Source of the DNA: Candidatus Marinacidobacterales bacterium
GTDB lineage: Bacteria > Acidobacteriota > Vicinamibacteria > Marinacidobacterales > SMYC01
Assembly (NCBI GenBank): GCA_965237955.1
Contig: OZ250169.1
Span: forward strand, 2,368,001 to 2,432,000
Length of the DNA: 64,000 nt
Reading direction: 5' to 3'
Shown here: positions 21,337 through 30,708 of the stretch, in pieces
Layout: the number at the start of each line of letters is the position of its first letter
How positions within the stretch are numbered: position 1 is the first letter of the stretch
Position numbers and translations under genes: made by a program
Notes under the pieces: generated by a model
The model's database searches: none
Told to the model about the DNA's origin: nothing
Seen by the model: only the letters and a program-made list of their open reading frames with translations

Positions 21337-22262
21337 ATGAAACGCTTTTTTCTCCTTGCGTTGCTGGCCCTCACCGTAAGCGCGTCAACCGCATTCGGGG
21401 ACGACGCCGTTGATTCCGTGCTCGACAACCTCGAATGGCGCAATATCGGCCCGGCGATTATGGGCGGTCGCATCAACGATTTTGCGGTCGTCGAGTCGAA
21501 CCCGAAGGTTGCCTTCGTGGCGACGGCGTCCGCTGGAATTTGGAAAACGACAAACAACGGTATCACCTGGGAGTCGCTTTTCGACGACCAACCGGTATCG
21601 AGCGTCGGCGATGTCGCGGTCGCGCCGTCCGACCCTTCGATCGTCTGGGCCGGCACCGGAGAGCCGGCGAACCGCCAAAGCTCCTCATGGGGCGACGGCG
21701 TCTACAAGTCGATGGACGGTGGTGCAACGTGGACGAACATGGGACTCGAGGACACTCACCATATCGGACGGGTGCGCATCCACCCTACGAATCCCAACAT
21801 CGTCTACGTTGCGGCGCTCGGGCATCTCTGGGGGCCGAACGAGCAACGTGGCGTCTTCAAGACGACCGACGGCGGCAAGACCTGGAAAAATACCAAATTC
21901 ATCAGCGAGAACACCGGCTTCGTCGACCTCGCGATGGATCCCGAAAGTCCGGACACGCTCTACGCCGCGGCCTACCAGAGGCGCCGACGCGCGTTCGGTT
22001 TCAACGGCGGTGGTCCCGAAAGCGGCCTGTACAAGACGACCGACGGCGCCACGACGTGGACGAAGCTCGCTAAGGGCCTCCCTGAAGGCGATACCGGCCG
22101 GATCGGCATCGATATCTATCGCAAAGACGCGCGCATCGTCTACGCGATTGTCCAGAACGCCGAGGGTGGCATCTTTCGTTCGGAAGACAAGGGCGAAACG
22201 TGGGAGAAGATGAGCGATACCAACCCGCGCCCGATGTACTACAGCCAGATTCGCATCGACCC
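21337..22262 (+). pseudogene. Secreted BNR/Asp-box (VPS10-like) beta-propeller glycosyl hydrolase-like protein, 3' truncated
   Basis: Signal peptide, WRNIGPAIMGGRI, repeated (S/T)xDGGxTW boxes; cut at IRIDP by the A-type end at 22263. Confidence 0.85.
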
Positions 22263-22580
22263 CGTCCTGTGCCAAAACTCGGCCCTCTTGAAATAGCCTA
22301 TAAATCAGCAGCTTAGCGTCTGTGTTTTGCGACGGTGCCAAGGGCTGTGGGCTTTACAATCGTCTGGCTCGAGGGTGTTATCTTCGGATCCATCATGACG
22401 TACCATGTGCAAATCCTACTGTTGGTCAGGCAGCCGTTGTTCGATCGGGCAGCCCTTGCTGCTCACACAGACCTCATGGGTGCTTCCGCCATTAAGTGTT
22501 GGTAAAATGACGCTAAGACTTCACGGTGCATTGAATTACAGCCATGGTATTTCAAAAGGGCCGAGTTTTGGCACAGGACG
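22263..22580. mobile_element. 318-bp mini-element with A-type inverted ends containing the transposase start and a partial GGTGCTTCCGC MITE
   Basis: Ends at 22263 (+) and 22580 (-); interior matches ~25236-25338 (minus strand). Confidence 0.8.
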
Positions 22581-23130
22581 CGATGGGGCCAGTGTCATTC
22601 GCGCTTGCCGGCAGAGGTGTGATGAGCTCGTTGCAGAGACCTTGGTGGTTCCGTTCTGTGTGATAGTGCACTACGTATTCGGTTACCGCTGTGCGCAGGT
22701 GTCGCTCACTGAGAGGTACGAAGCGGTCGAGACACTCTCGACGTATGGAGAGAACGAATCTTTCCGCGTATGCGTTCAGATTCGGACTATTAGCGGGAAG
22801 GCGCAGGGGCTTCACGCCTGAATCTCTCCGATGTCGAGCTCGATGTACTTATTTGCACCATACGGGCTACGACCGAATCCAAGGAGCTATGGCCAACCTC
22901 GGCCACAAGATTGCGCCGAACACGGTGAAGCGGCTCTTGAAGGAGCACGGTATCGAAGCCCCACGATAGTAATAACGAAGTAGGCTGCCGAGTCGCTCGC
23001 GGCACTCGACGCTGGGCCCATCCGCGTCCCGGGGAATATCGTCTAGCAAACGGTTGCCGAGACCCTGGTGATTCCTCTCACGCAGATAATGGAGACGATA
23101 TTCGCGGAGAGCGCGTTCCAACGCATTCCG
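22581..23130. pseudogene. Three juxtaposed rve transposase fragments from different paralogs
   Basis: 22581-22827(-) [15 protein letters not shown]; ~22860-22962(+) GYDRIQGAMANLGH; ~22967-23130(-) [20 protein letters not shown]. Confidence 0.8.
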
Positions 23131-23131
23131 G

Positions 23132-23297
23132 GGTGCTTCCGCTATTAAGTGTTGGTGAGATGACACTAAGACGTACGGTGCATTCAATTACAGCCAAAAT
23201 AGCGCCTCGTGACCTTCGCTGCGCGCTAAATGGAGCGTAAGCGCGTCTTTTGCAAAGGGATACGTACACATCACCAACAGCAAACAGCGGAAGCACC
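23132..23297. mobile_element. GGTGCTTCCGC MITE-like element (copy 2)
   Basis: GGTGCTTCCGCT..AGCGGAAGCACC ends; similar to 17822-17987. Confidence 0.85.
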
Positions 23298-23335
23298 AGT
23301 CCTCTCGCAACCGGAGCGGCTTATAATCGCAGGAC

Positions 23336-24091
23336 GTGAGCAGCAAAACCCTGTCCGATCTACTCGAAAGCGCTCACAGCGTGTTCGTCTTTACCGGGGC
23401 CGGGGTGTCCACCGGAAGCGGTATCGCGGACTTTCGCGGACCTCAGGGTGTTTGGAAACGCAGACAGCCCGTATACCTCCAGGATTTTCTCGCCTCCGAG
23501 GACGCCCGCAACGAGTATTGGGATCAAAAGCTGGAGGCCTGGCCGTCGTTTCGTTCCGCCGAGCCGAACCCTACCCACCACGCTGCCGTTGAGCTCGAAA
23601 GAGCCGACCGGCTGGCTGCCGTCGTGACGCAGAACATCGACGGTCTTCACTCTCGAGCGGGAACATCGCCGGAAATGCTCGTCGAGCTCCACGGAACGAA
23701 CCGGTGGATCGAATGTCTGAGTTGCCGGCAGCGAATTGAGCCCGACCCTCACTTCGAGCGATTTTGCAAGACGAAGAGGGCGCCGCTCTGCCACTGCGGC
23801 GGCTATCTCAAGGCCGCCACGATCAGCTTCGGCCAAAACCTCAATTCTTCTGAGCTTGAGCGCGCTGCCGAGGCCGCCAATCGGGCAGACCTCGTGGTGG
23901 CGCTCGGATCGACACTCTCCGTGTATCCAGCGGCCGGCTTTCCGCTCATGGCGGCGGAGAGGGGGGCACCCTACGTCGTCATCAACCGAGGCGAGACCGA
24001 TCACGACCATCACCCGTCCTTGACGCTGCGCCTGGAAGGTGACGTCTCCGAGATCTTTCCGCAAGCGGTGGAAGAGGCCCTGAAAGGCTAA
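23336..24091 (+). CDS. NAD-dependent protein deacylase, Sir2/CobB family
   Basis: FTGAGVSTGSGIADFRG, TQNIDGLH, ELHG, CLSC..CHC zinc site, GSTLSVYPAA. Confidence 0.93.
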   Translation: MSSKTLSDLLESAHSVFVFTGAGVSTGSGIADFRGPQGVWKRRQPVYLQDFLASEDARNEYWDQKLEAWPSFRSAEPNPTHHAAVELERADRLAAVVTQNIDGLHSRAGTSPEMLVELHGTNRWIECLSCRQRIEPDPHFERFCKTKRAPLCHCGGYLKAATISFGQNLNSSELERAAEAANRADLVVALGSTLSVYPAAGFPLMAAERGAPYVVINRGETDHDHHPSLTLRLEGDVSEIFPQAVEEALKG

Positions 24092-24327
24092 CGGTCTCTG
24101 AGGCCTGCCTGAACGGCGGAGGACAGCGTTGCCTCACCCGGAGATACCGTTAGGCTAGGAACCGGTGCTCGTTGTGCCAGCGCAAATACATGCCAGGCGT
24201 TAACCAACACGCGGATTTCAGGTTGATTCACCGTCGGCTTCATGCTGCTCGTGCCCTGACCAGATGAGCGTGGGAGATCGGATGCTATAAAAAAAGATCG
24301 TGCCGGGGCTTGACAGTTCAATACATA

Positions 24328-25263
24328 TCAGTGCACTACGTATTCGGTTACCGCTGTGCGCAGGTGTCGCTCACTGAGAGGTACGAAGCGGTCGAGACAC
24401 TCTCGACGTATGGAGAGAACGAATCTTTCCGCATATGCGTTCAGATTCGGACTATTAGCGGGAAGGCGAAGGGGCTTCACGCCTGAATCTCTCAACAGCC
24501 CACGTACCGCCTCGGTGAATAGCGGGTCCCGGTCGTGGATGAGGTATCGCTTGCCAAGGAGGAAACCATCCCACATGTCAGTGAGGTTTCTTGCCACTTG
24601 CTTCATCCACTCCCCGTTGGGGTCCGACGTTATCCCACCGATGCACACGCAGCGAGTGGCGATATCGATGACAAACAGGACATGGTAGCGGACGAGCCCG
24701 AACGGGTTCACAACCTCGACGGTGAACAGGTCTGTCGCAGCGATGGCGCCCCAATGAGCCTTGATGAAGGTGCTCCACGACATGCTCCTGCCCCGCTCCG
24801 GGGCAGGAGCGATACCGTGCTCGGCGAGGATCCTCTTGATGGTGTTGCGTCCGAGTTCATGTCCTAGGTTCTTGAGTGCGCCTCGCAGGCGCGTATATCC
24901 CCACGTCGGGTTCTCCTGCGCCACGCGCACAATGAGCTCACGGATGTCCTTCGCCGTCGGAGGTCGGCCTGGACTCCGGTTCTTGCTGCCATCGTAGTTG
25001 GCTGCGATGAGGTGGCGGTACCAGCGCAGAAGCGTAGCGGGTGTGGCAACCGACGCAATCTGGGCCAGCGCCTCGCGGCCCAAAGCCTGGGCCTTGACCG
25101 CGAGCCTGCGCCGCTCGTCGTCCGAGAGACTGAGACGCTTGCCCCGAAGCCCGGCCCGGAGCACACGGTTCTCCTCTTGCAGGTAGTCGATCACATCCTG
25201 CTGCTGGCGGTTGACCCAGCCAGCTAGAACGAGCAGTAGGAATTGCACGTGGTACGTCATCAT
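24328..25263 (-). pseudogene. rve/DDE integrase-core transposase of the A-type element, 3' truncated
   Basis: [52 protein letters not shown]; stops before ERNHQGL; left end at 25391. Confidence 0.9.
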
Positions 25264-25337
25264 GGACCTGAAGATAACACCCTCGGGCCAGACGATTGTA
25301 AAGCCTACGGCCCTTGGCCCCGGCGCAAACACAGACA

Positions 25338-25391
25338 CTAAGCTGCTGATTTATGGCCTATTTCAAAAGGGCCGAGTTTTGGCACAGGACG
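25338..25391 (-). repeat. A-type left end of the autonomous-type element
   Basis: 54-bp end, 128 bp upstream of the transposase ATG. Confidence 0.92.
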
Positions 25392-25454
25392 AGGTCGAGC
25401 GCACTAGCTCCACCGTGCGCGGCTTCTTGTATCGCTTCTTCACCTGCCACACCA

Positions 25455-25634
25455 TCAAGCTACCTCGCTGCCCTTCTTCCCAGTTCCCGTGATGAATCCC
25501 TCACATAGCCCCTCAAGGCGAGCCATCCGCTCACGGAGATCAGCAATGTCACGGCGAAGTTTCCGGTTATTGCTGAAGAGTAGACCTCCGATCGTCACGC
25601 CAACCGCTAGGATTGCGATCAATTCTGCGCTCAT
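25455..25634 (-). CDS. Small TM plus coiled-coil protein
   Basis: MSAELIAILAVGVTIGGLL..LRERMARLEGL; GGAGA upstream. Confidence 0.6.
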   Translation of the reverse strand: MSAELIAILAVGVTIGGLLFSNNRKLRRDIADLRERMARLEGLCEGFITGTGKKGSEVA

Positions 25635-25691
25635 CGGTTTCTCCACAGCCTCCCATCCTCAAGTATAAAAGAGAAGCTCCGGGAAGCAGCT

Positions 25692-26465
25692 TCAAAACCT
25701 GATCCTGATTCCTCCTCCAAACCGTAACCCGCCGGCTTTGAAACCGAGAGGCTCCCCGCCCTCGCGTTGGACCTCAATGTCAGCCTGACTGAAGCGTACC
25801 AGGAAGGACGCGCCCCACGTTTCCGTGAAATAGTACGCCAAGCCAGCACCAGCGTTGAAGCCGATGGCGGTGTTGTTCAGGGTCACGCTACTAACGCCAG
25901 TTAGAGATATCTCGTCGAACGGGTACTCCGATTTCGGGACAACCTTGTCGATCAATTCTATTTCCGTTGTGAAGACACTCGGACCGGCGAACAACTCGAC
26001 CTCTATCCTCTCGGACGCAATACGGTACGCGAAAGCGGTGTGAACCGTGAACTCTGAGTAGTCTAGTTCATCGAGCGTCTGGCTGGCCTTTAGGTGTTGG
26101 TTGAACAACAGCGGGTGCGGCTCCGAGACGTCCAGAGTCCCGTCCTGCAAGGCTGGAAGGAGTTCGAAGCTAAATCCGAACGAAAACCTCGACGCCAGCG
26201 CGTACATTCCGCCAACCTCGATAGCTGTACCGCTGCCTCCAGAGTACACTCGGCTGGTTGAACCTTGCTCAAGGAACCTCGTGAAGCTAGTGGTCTCGTC
26301 AAGGTTCGGGAGCGTCGGAAGGTAGTTCGCGTGGATGATGAACTGAGCCCGTTTCTCTTTCTTCTCTGGTTCTTCGGCTTCCTGAGCATGAAGAAGCGCC
26401 GGGAGCGCAAGCACTATCGCTAAAGCAAGGCATGTTTTTCTCACTGGACACCTACCGCATTCCAT
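25692..26465 (-). CDS. Outer-membrane beta-barrel protein
   Basis: Signal peptide, amphipathic strands, C-terminal GIRIRF; exact start uncertain. Confidence 0.75.
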   Translation of the reverse strand: MECGRCPVRKTCLALAIVLALPALLHAQEAEEPEKKEKRAQFIIHANYLPTLPNLDETTSFTRFLEQGSTSRVYSGGSGTAIEVGGMYALASRFSFGFSFELLPALQDGTLDVSEPHPLLFNQHLKASQTLDELDYSEFTVHTAFAYRIASERIEVELFAGPSVFTTEIELIDKVVPKSEYPFDEISLTGVSSVTLNNTAIGFNAGAGLAYYFTETWGASFLVRFSQADIEVQREGGEPLGFKAGGLRFGGGIRIRF

Positions 26466-27973
26466 CCGGCACGGACGGTCTGTTCTTCGACGCCGGCGCC
26501 GTAGAGTTCCCTTGCGGCGCGAATCGTGGCTTCACGAGCATCGGAGAAGTTGGAGCTCGGGACCAAGTAGTACATGAAGGCCCTGTAGAAGATCTGTTCC
26601 ATCCGGTCCATTTGCTCGAACCCGATGCCGTTGACGCTGATGCCGGACACCCGATTGGTGCCGCCCATGACCATCAAGTAGAAAGCGTGGTTCACAATGC
26701 TGGAGTTGATATGTACACCCCCACGGTCCAGGTCTCCGAGGTACCGGATTCTGTAGTGATCCGGTTTCGGGTACCTTGCGCTTAATGGGTCGGAGAAAGA
26801 CCGGATATACTCTCCAAAGTTAATAAAAGTGTCCTCGTCCATTACCCAGTCAGCTTGCAGTCTCCCGTCCCCGACAGGCTGAAAGAAGAATTCCGTGGCC
26901 ACTCCCATGATGTCGGATATCGCCTCGTTGAGCGCCCCGGACTCGTTGCGGTAGATCAGATCTGAGGAGTGATTCGTCACTCCATGAGTGATCTCGTGCG
27001 CGACAATATCAAGAGCTGCTGAGTTGAAGGTGGACTCTATGCCGTCCCCATCGCCATAGTTCATTGAGTTGTCGTATGAGTCGTAAAAGGCATTGTTGAA
27101 CCCCGCGCTTTGCGGTAAGAAGTGAACGTAGTTGGTAGCGACGAGCCCTAGGTCGTCAATGCCGTACCGGTTGTAGCGTTTGAAGTAGTAGTCGTATGTG
27201 TACCCGGAATACACATGGGCATCCACGACGGCTCCATCCGTCCACTCATTGTCGCGGTCGGTCGCTAGAAATGCGTCGGTGTCAGCCATGTAATTATTCC
27301 AAGCATAGGTCTTGATGCCGAACGGCCGGATGGTATCGACGGCTCTGAACGTGCCGACGGCCTCCTGAGAGGTCATCTTCTTCCTGTCTCCCCATGTGCC
27401 GATCCCGAGGCCAACGCCCTCATGTTGAGTATGTAGATCGTTCCACGTGAGAAGTCGCTCGCCCGAATGGGCGTCGACAAACGACACCTGGAGTGCACCT
27501 GGACTGCGTGTCCGAACGTAGTACGCGAGCGCATATCTATCGGTAAGTGGCAGGATCACCAGTTCGGTCTCGCCGCCGATGAACGCTTCCGGTCCCTCAA
27601 GTGCGAGCACACGCGCTTCCGCCTCGGCAACCGTGAGAGTTGGGGTCACGCCGACATCGACAGCCTCGTAGATGTTGCCGGTTGCCGACAGCACCAACCC
27701 GGACTGCTTCTGCCACACGAGTTGTCCGCCAAAAACCCGGACGCCTTGATGGTACTGGTTCATTCGTTCGTGGGTCCGGCCGGGGAAAGTGCCGTCCGTC
27801 TGCGAACGCTTGAACTGAAGCTGATCGGTGTCCAGCATCCGGTCGATCTCACTGGCGAGCGCTGGCACTTCCGCGGGGTCGCTAGCCCACAAGGTCCTGG
27901 ACTCACGGAACGGTTGAGCGCTCAGAACCGAATGGAAAGTAAAAAACAGAAACAAAGCGGGTAGAATACGCAC
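26441..27973 (-). CDS. M4 family (thermolysin-like) metallopeptidase, preproprotein
   Basis: Signal peptide, FTP/PepSY-like prodomain, NNAFY, HEITH, GALNEAISD, GGVHINS. Confidence 0.93.
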   Translation of the reverse strand: MRILPALFLFFTFHSVLSAQPFRESRTLWASDPAEVPALASEIDRMLDTDQLQFKRSQTDGTFPGRTHERMNQYHQGVRVFGGQLVWQKQSGLVLSATGNIYEAVDVGVTPTLTVAEAEARVLALEGPEAFIGGETELVILPLTDRYALAYYVRTRSPGALQVSFVDAHSGERLLTWNDLHTQHEGVGLGIGTWGDRKKMTSQEAVGTFRAVDTIRPFGIKTYAWNNYMADTDAFLATDRDNEWTDGAVVDAHVYSGYTYDYYFKRYNRYGIDDLGLVATNYVHFLPQSAGFNNAFYDSYDNSMNYGDGDGIESTFNSAALDIVAHEITHGVTNHSSDLIYRNESGALNEAISDIMGVATEFFFQPVGDGRLQADWVMDEDTFINFGEYIRSFSDPLSARYPKPDHYRIRYLGDLDRGGVHINSSIVNHAFYLMVMGGTNRVSGISVNGIGFEQMDRMEQIFYRAFMYYLVPSSNFSDAREATIRAARELYGAGVEEQTVRAGWNAVGVQ

Positions 27974-28070
27974 TGATCACCTCCAAAGATGCGGCGACGG
28001 TGAATTGGTCACCGGGCCAGTTCGTCACAACGAACCGCATGTGGTGGCATGCGGGATCTCGCCTATTCCC

Positions 28071-28186
28071 CGTCCTGTGCCAAAACTCGGCCCTTTTGAA
28101 ATAGACCACAAATCAGCAGCTTAGACGCCCTTGGAATCCGCGCAGAATCGAGGGTACTTCGCGCCGCAGGGCTGGTTTCCGACCCA
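28071..28186 (+). repeat. A-type element end, long form
   Basis: Matches ~9561-9676. Confidence 0.9.
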
Positions 28187-28194
28187 AAAATCCA

Positions 28195-28249
28195 GAAAGT
28201 GTGCAGTTTTCGGTTGCCACAAATGGGAAATTTACAGTTGCCGCTAACA
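28195..28249 (-). mobile_element. Solo IS21-like terminal repeat
   Basis: TGTTAGCGGCAACTGTAAATTTCCCA followed by internal repeat GGCAACCGAAAACTGCACA. Confidence 0.6.
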
Positions 28250-28500
28250 GTTTACGCCGAATATCACGTTGGACCTTGGACACTATCTGCCTCCCTTCTT
28301 GGGGCTCCAGAGTGCCCAATGAGGTCCGTAATATCTTCAATCAACGGACCGCTCTGGCCTCCGGGTCTCGCTCGCCCCACGACGGGCGACTAACTTCCCG
28401 GACAGTATCCGCCATCGTCCCTGGCCCGGCTCCCCGGAGGGTTTCGTTGTGCCCGGTATTGTGATTCGAGGCTTGCCCACCGCCAGATCACCGCGCACCC

Positions 28501-28641
28501 CGTCCTGTGCCAAAACTCGGCCCTTTTGAAATAGACCATAAAGATCGCGAAGCGTGCCCCAATCGTCGAGGGCAAGCTGGACGTGACGAAGATCGAGGCC
28601 ATCGACTTGGATAATCTGGCGCGGAAGTTTCGGACACAACG
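28501..28641. mobile_element. 141-bp mini-element: A-type end plus right-end-like ..TTTCGGACACAACG
   Basis: Left matches 9561; right resembles 20659-20673. Confidence 0.65.
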
Positions 28642-28723
28642 GATTATCTTTAAAACCGCGCGGGAACGTTTACGACCAAATGCAGGAGAGCTGGCGTCGG
28701 CAGGCAGAAAGTAGCCGCCCGCG

Positions 28724-29071
28724 TCATTCCGGAAGGCCGCGTCGTACTCGGTAGCGGCTGACACTGGGGCGCGTTCGCGAGTCCGCGCGGGCTCGGTCCA
28801 GCACCTGGCCCCAGTCCTGCTTCCGCTGCGGTCGATCGTCCACCGTGTGGTCCTCCATCCCCTGGCGGTCCGACGCCGCATCCCATGCCGCTGCCCGGGC
28901 ACGCCAAGCCCCACGATTCGCCCAGCCCTTCCAAGTGTTCAGGCTAGGTGAAAGCTCCGCAGCAGCCGCAGCCGCCGCCCGCAACGTACGGTTCGGGCCC
29001 ATACTACGATAGACGATGAACGCCGCCCACGCCTTCGCACTCTCACCATCTTGTTGATCCCACATATCCAT
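28724..29071 (-). CDS. Hypothetical protein resembling phage terminase small-subunit-like/HTH proteins
   Basis: ESAKAWAAFIVYRSMGPNRTL..W..W..RAAAWD pattern; C-terminus may be degenerate. Confidence 0.4.
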   Translation of the reverse strand: MDMWDQQDGESAKAWAAFIVYRSMGPNRTLRAAAAAAAELSPSLNTWKGWANRGAWRARAAAWDAASDRQGMEDHTVDDRPQRKQDWGQVLDRARADSRTRPSVSRYRVRRGLPE

Positions 29072-29130
29072 GTGGCGAGTATAAGCCCACGCGTCGCGAG
29101 CGAGAAGTTAACTTCAGAGTGATTGGTACG

Positions 29131-29296
29131 CTAGTCCCCTGGAACAGAGGTTCGTGGCCTAAAGCTCGACGCCATTTTGTGGGCTGGCGAGGCGTGACGA
29201 CGAAGTCATATTGGAATATTTCGAGGAGGAACAACGAAGCCAGCGCGCAAAAAGGGCACGAGATTTAGGCTACGAACCTCTGTTCCAGGGGACTAG
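29131..29296. mobile_element. 166-bp MITE bounded by CTAG
   Basis: 33-bp inverted repeat CTAGTCCCCTGGAACAGAGGTTCGT(G/A)GCCTAAA, one mismatch. Confidence 0.85.
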
Positions 29297-29495
29297 TGTC
29301 AGTTGGCCTGCCCGTGTCGGCGAACGCCATAAAGAAGGATGTCGGCGTGCACACGAAGATGTCCCTGAATGTCAGGCACCACGTGGTCAGCGCAGCCGGC
29401 ATCGCCGAAAGAACTGCGTCTCTCGAAATCAGGCTCAACCTCTAGCACGAGAACGGGTTACGCGGCGGCTACCAACACTTAATTGCGGAAGCACC

Positions 29496-29759
29496 GGTTT
29501 TCGTCTCTAATCTCGATTTTCGAGTGCCACGTTCGCGCCAAAGGGGGGAGCGGGCCGCTGACAGGGCCGTGCAGCGTCGGAAAAGAAGCCATCCGGGAGG
29601 CGGCCCAGAATCGAGCTCGGGGCTACCGCGGCGTAGCTGGCCTAGCCCGTTCTGGTCCAGGTGCGGCCCTGGCCTTATTGATATCCATCTTTCCCCAGGA
29701 CCTGGGTCCAAATCTTCGCCCGGGAGCGTGACATCCCGTTTCTGGACGTTGTTTCCCTG
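29496..29759. repeat. Non-coding subterminal repeat of B-type element
   Basis: Direct near-copy of ~1778-2038. Confidence 0.85.
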
Positions 29760-29774
29760 AGCACTTGAAGGAGG

Positions 29775-29961
29775 ACAAGGTATTGATCGAAAGGTGGCGG
29801 CAAGAGTTCAATCGCTTCAGACCCCACAGCTCGTTAGGTTACCGACCGCCAGCGCCGGAAACGATTCGGTTGAAACCGGCTCCGCTCCGCCGGCTTCAAC
29901 CAGCCATTGTCAGCACCGAATGACTGAGATACAACGTGGTGCTAACCGTGGGGTCAGGTCA
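29775..29961 (+). mobile_element. IS3-family right-end remnant
   Basis: IERWRQEFNRFRPHSSLGYRPPAPE followed by ..GTGGGGTCAGGTCA end. Confidence 0.7.
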
Positions 29962-29990
29962 CCTTTCACGGACAGGAGGACAACTCCTGA

Positions 29991-30512
29991 GTGAAACCCA
30001 GAGAATCCCTGAAAGAGAACACTTCCGGCGTGTTAAGACTCTTCGTCTACGGCACGCTCAAGCGCGGGTACTGGAACCACGACCCCTTCTGCCGAGGCGT
30101 GCTGGCGATCCAGGAGGCCCAAGTTCGGGGCCGCCTCTTCGAAGGGCCCGGCTTCCCCGTTCTTGAGGTGCCCGACGAGGACATCCTCGCTCACGGAACT
30201 GGAGACCCCCTAGCCGACATGGGCACACAGGCGCGCCTGTCCGGGCAGTGGCGTCCCCGACCGGTCTCCGAAAGCACCACAGTGGGCGCATGGGGCACCG
30301 TGTACGGGGAGCTGCTCACCTTCGACGACCCACAATCCCGCCTGTCTGCCATCGACCACCTGGAGGGCTTCCGTCCAGGCGGTTCCAGCTTGTACCGCCG
30401 TGTGCTGGTGCCCGCCACGGTCCACGGAATCCGGGAACTCGCCTGGGTCTATACGGTCGAGGCGACCCGCATCAAACGGCGCCGGATCGTATCCGGCTGC
30501 TGGCCGAAGTAA
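29991..30512 (+). CDS. Gamma-glutamylcyclotransferase (AIG2-like) family protein
   Basis: LFVYGTLKRG, VYGEL, IDHLEG, AWVY; AGGAGG RBS. Confidence 0.85.
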   Translation: MKPRESLKENTSGVLRLFVYGTLKRGYWNHDPFCRGVLAIQEAQVRGRLFEGPGFPVLEVPDEDILAHGTGDPLADMGTQARLSGQWRPRPVSESTTVGAWGTVYGELLTFDDPQSRLSAIDHLEGFRPGGSSLYRRVLVPATVHGIRELAWVYTVEATRIKRRRIVSGCWPK

Positions 30513-30537
30513 CACACTCACTTGCCGACGGCATTCC

Positions 30538-30608
30538 CGTCCTGTGCCAAAACTCGCCCCTCTTGAAATAGACCACAAATCAGCAGCTTAGACGCCCTTG
30601 GAATCCGC
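30538..30608 (+). repeat. A-type element end
   Basis: Matches ~9561-9631 with few mismatches. Confidence 0.9.
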
Positions 30609-30708
30609 CGACCCTTGGGCTGCGGGGCGAGCTACGGGCAGTGAACTTCGCACCCGGAAGTCCTTTATTAGACTGGACTTTATCGAGCACAAGAGCGAAC
30701 GTTCGGTG

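Noticed and set aside
23336-24091. Sir2 as an anti-phage NADase (Thoeris/DSR)
   Set aside because: Single-domain, zinc-binding CobB-type sirtuin with no TIR, Argonaute or HerA partner
9561-30620. A-type repeats as a CRISPR array or integron attC sites
   Set aside because: Irregular kb-scale spacing, both orientations, no cas genes, no tyrosine integrase or GTTRRRY cores; they are tied to DDE transposase genes
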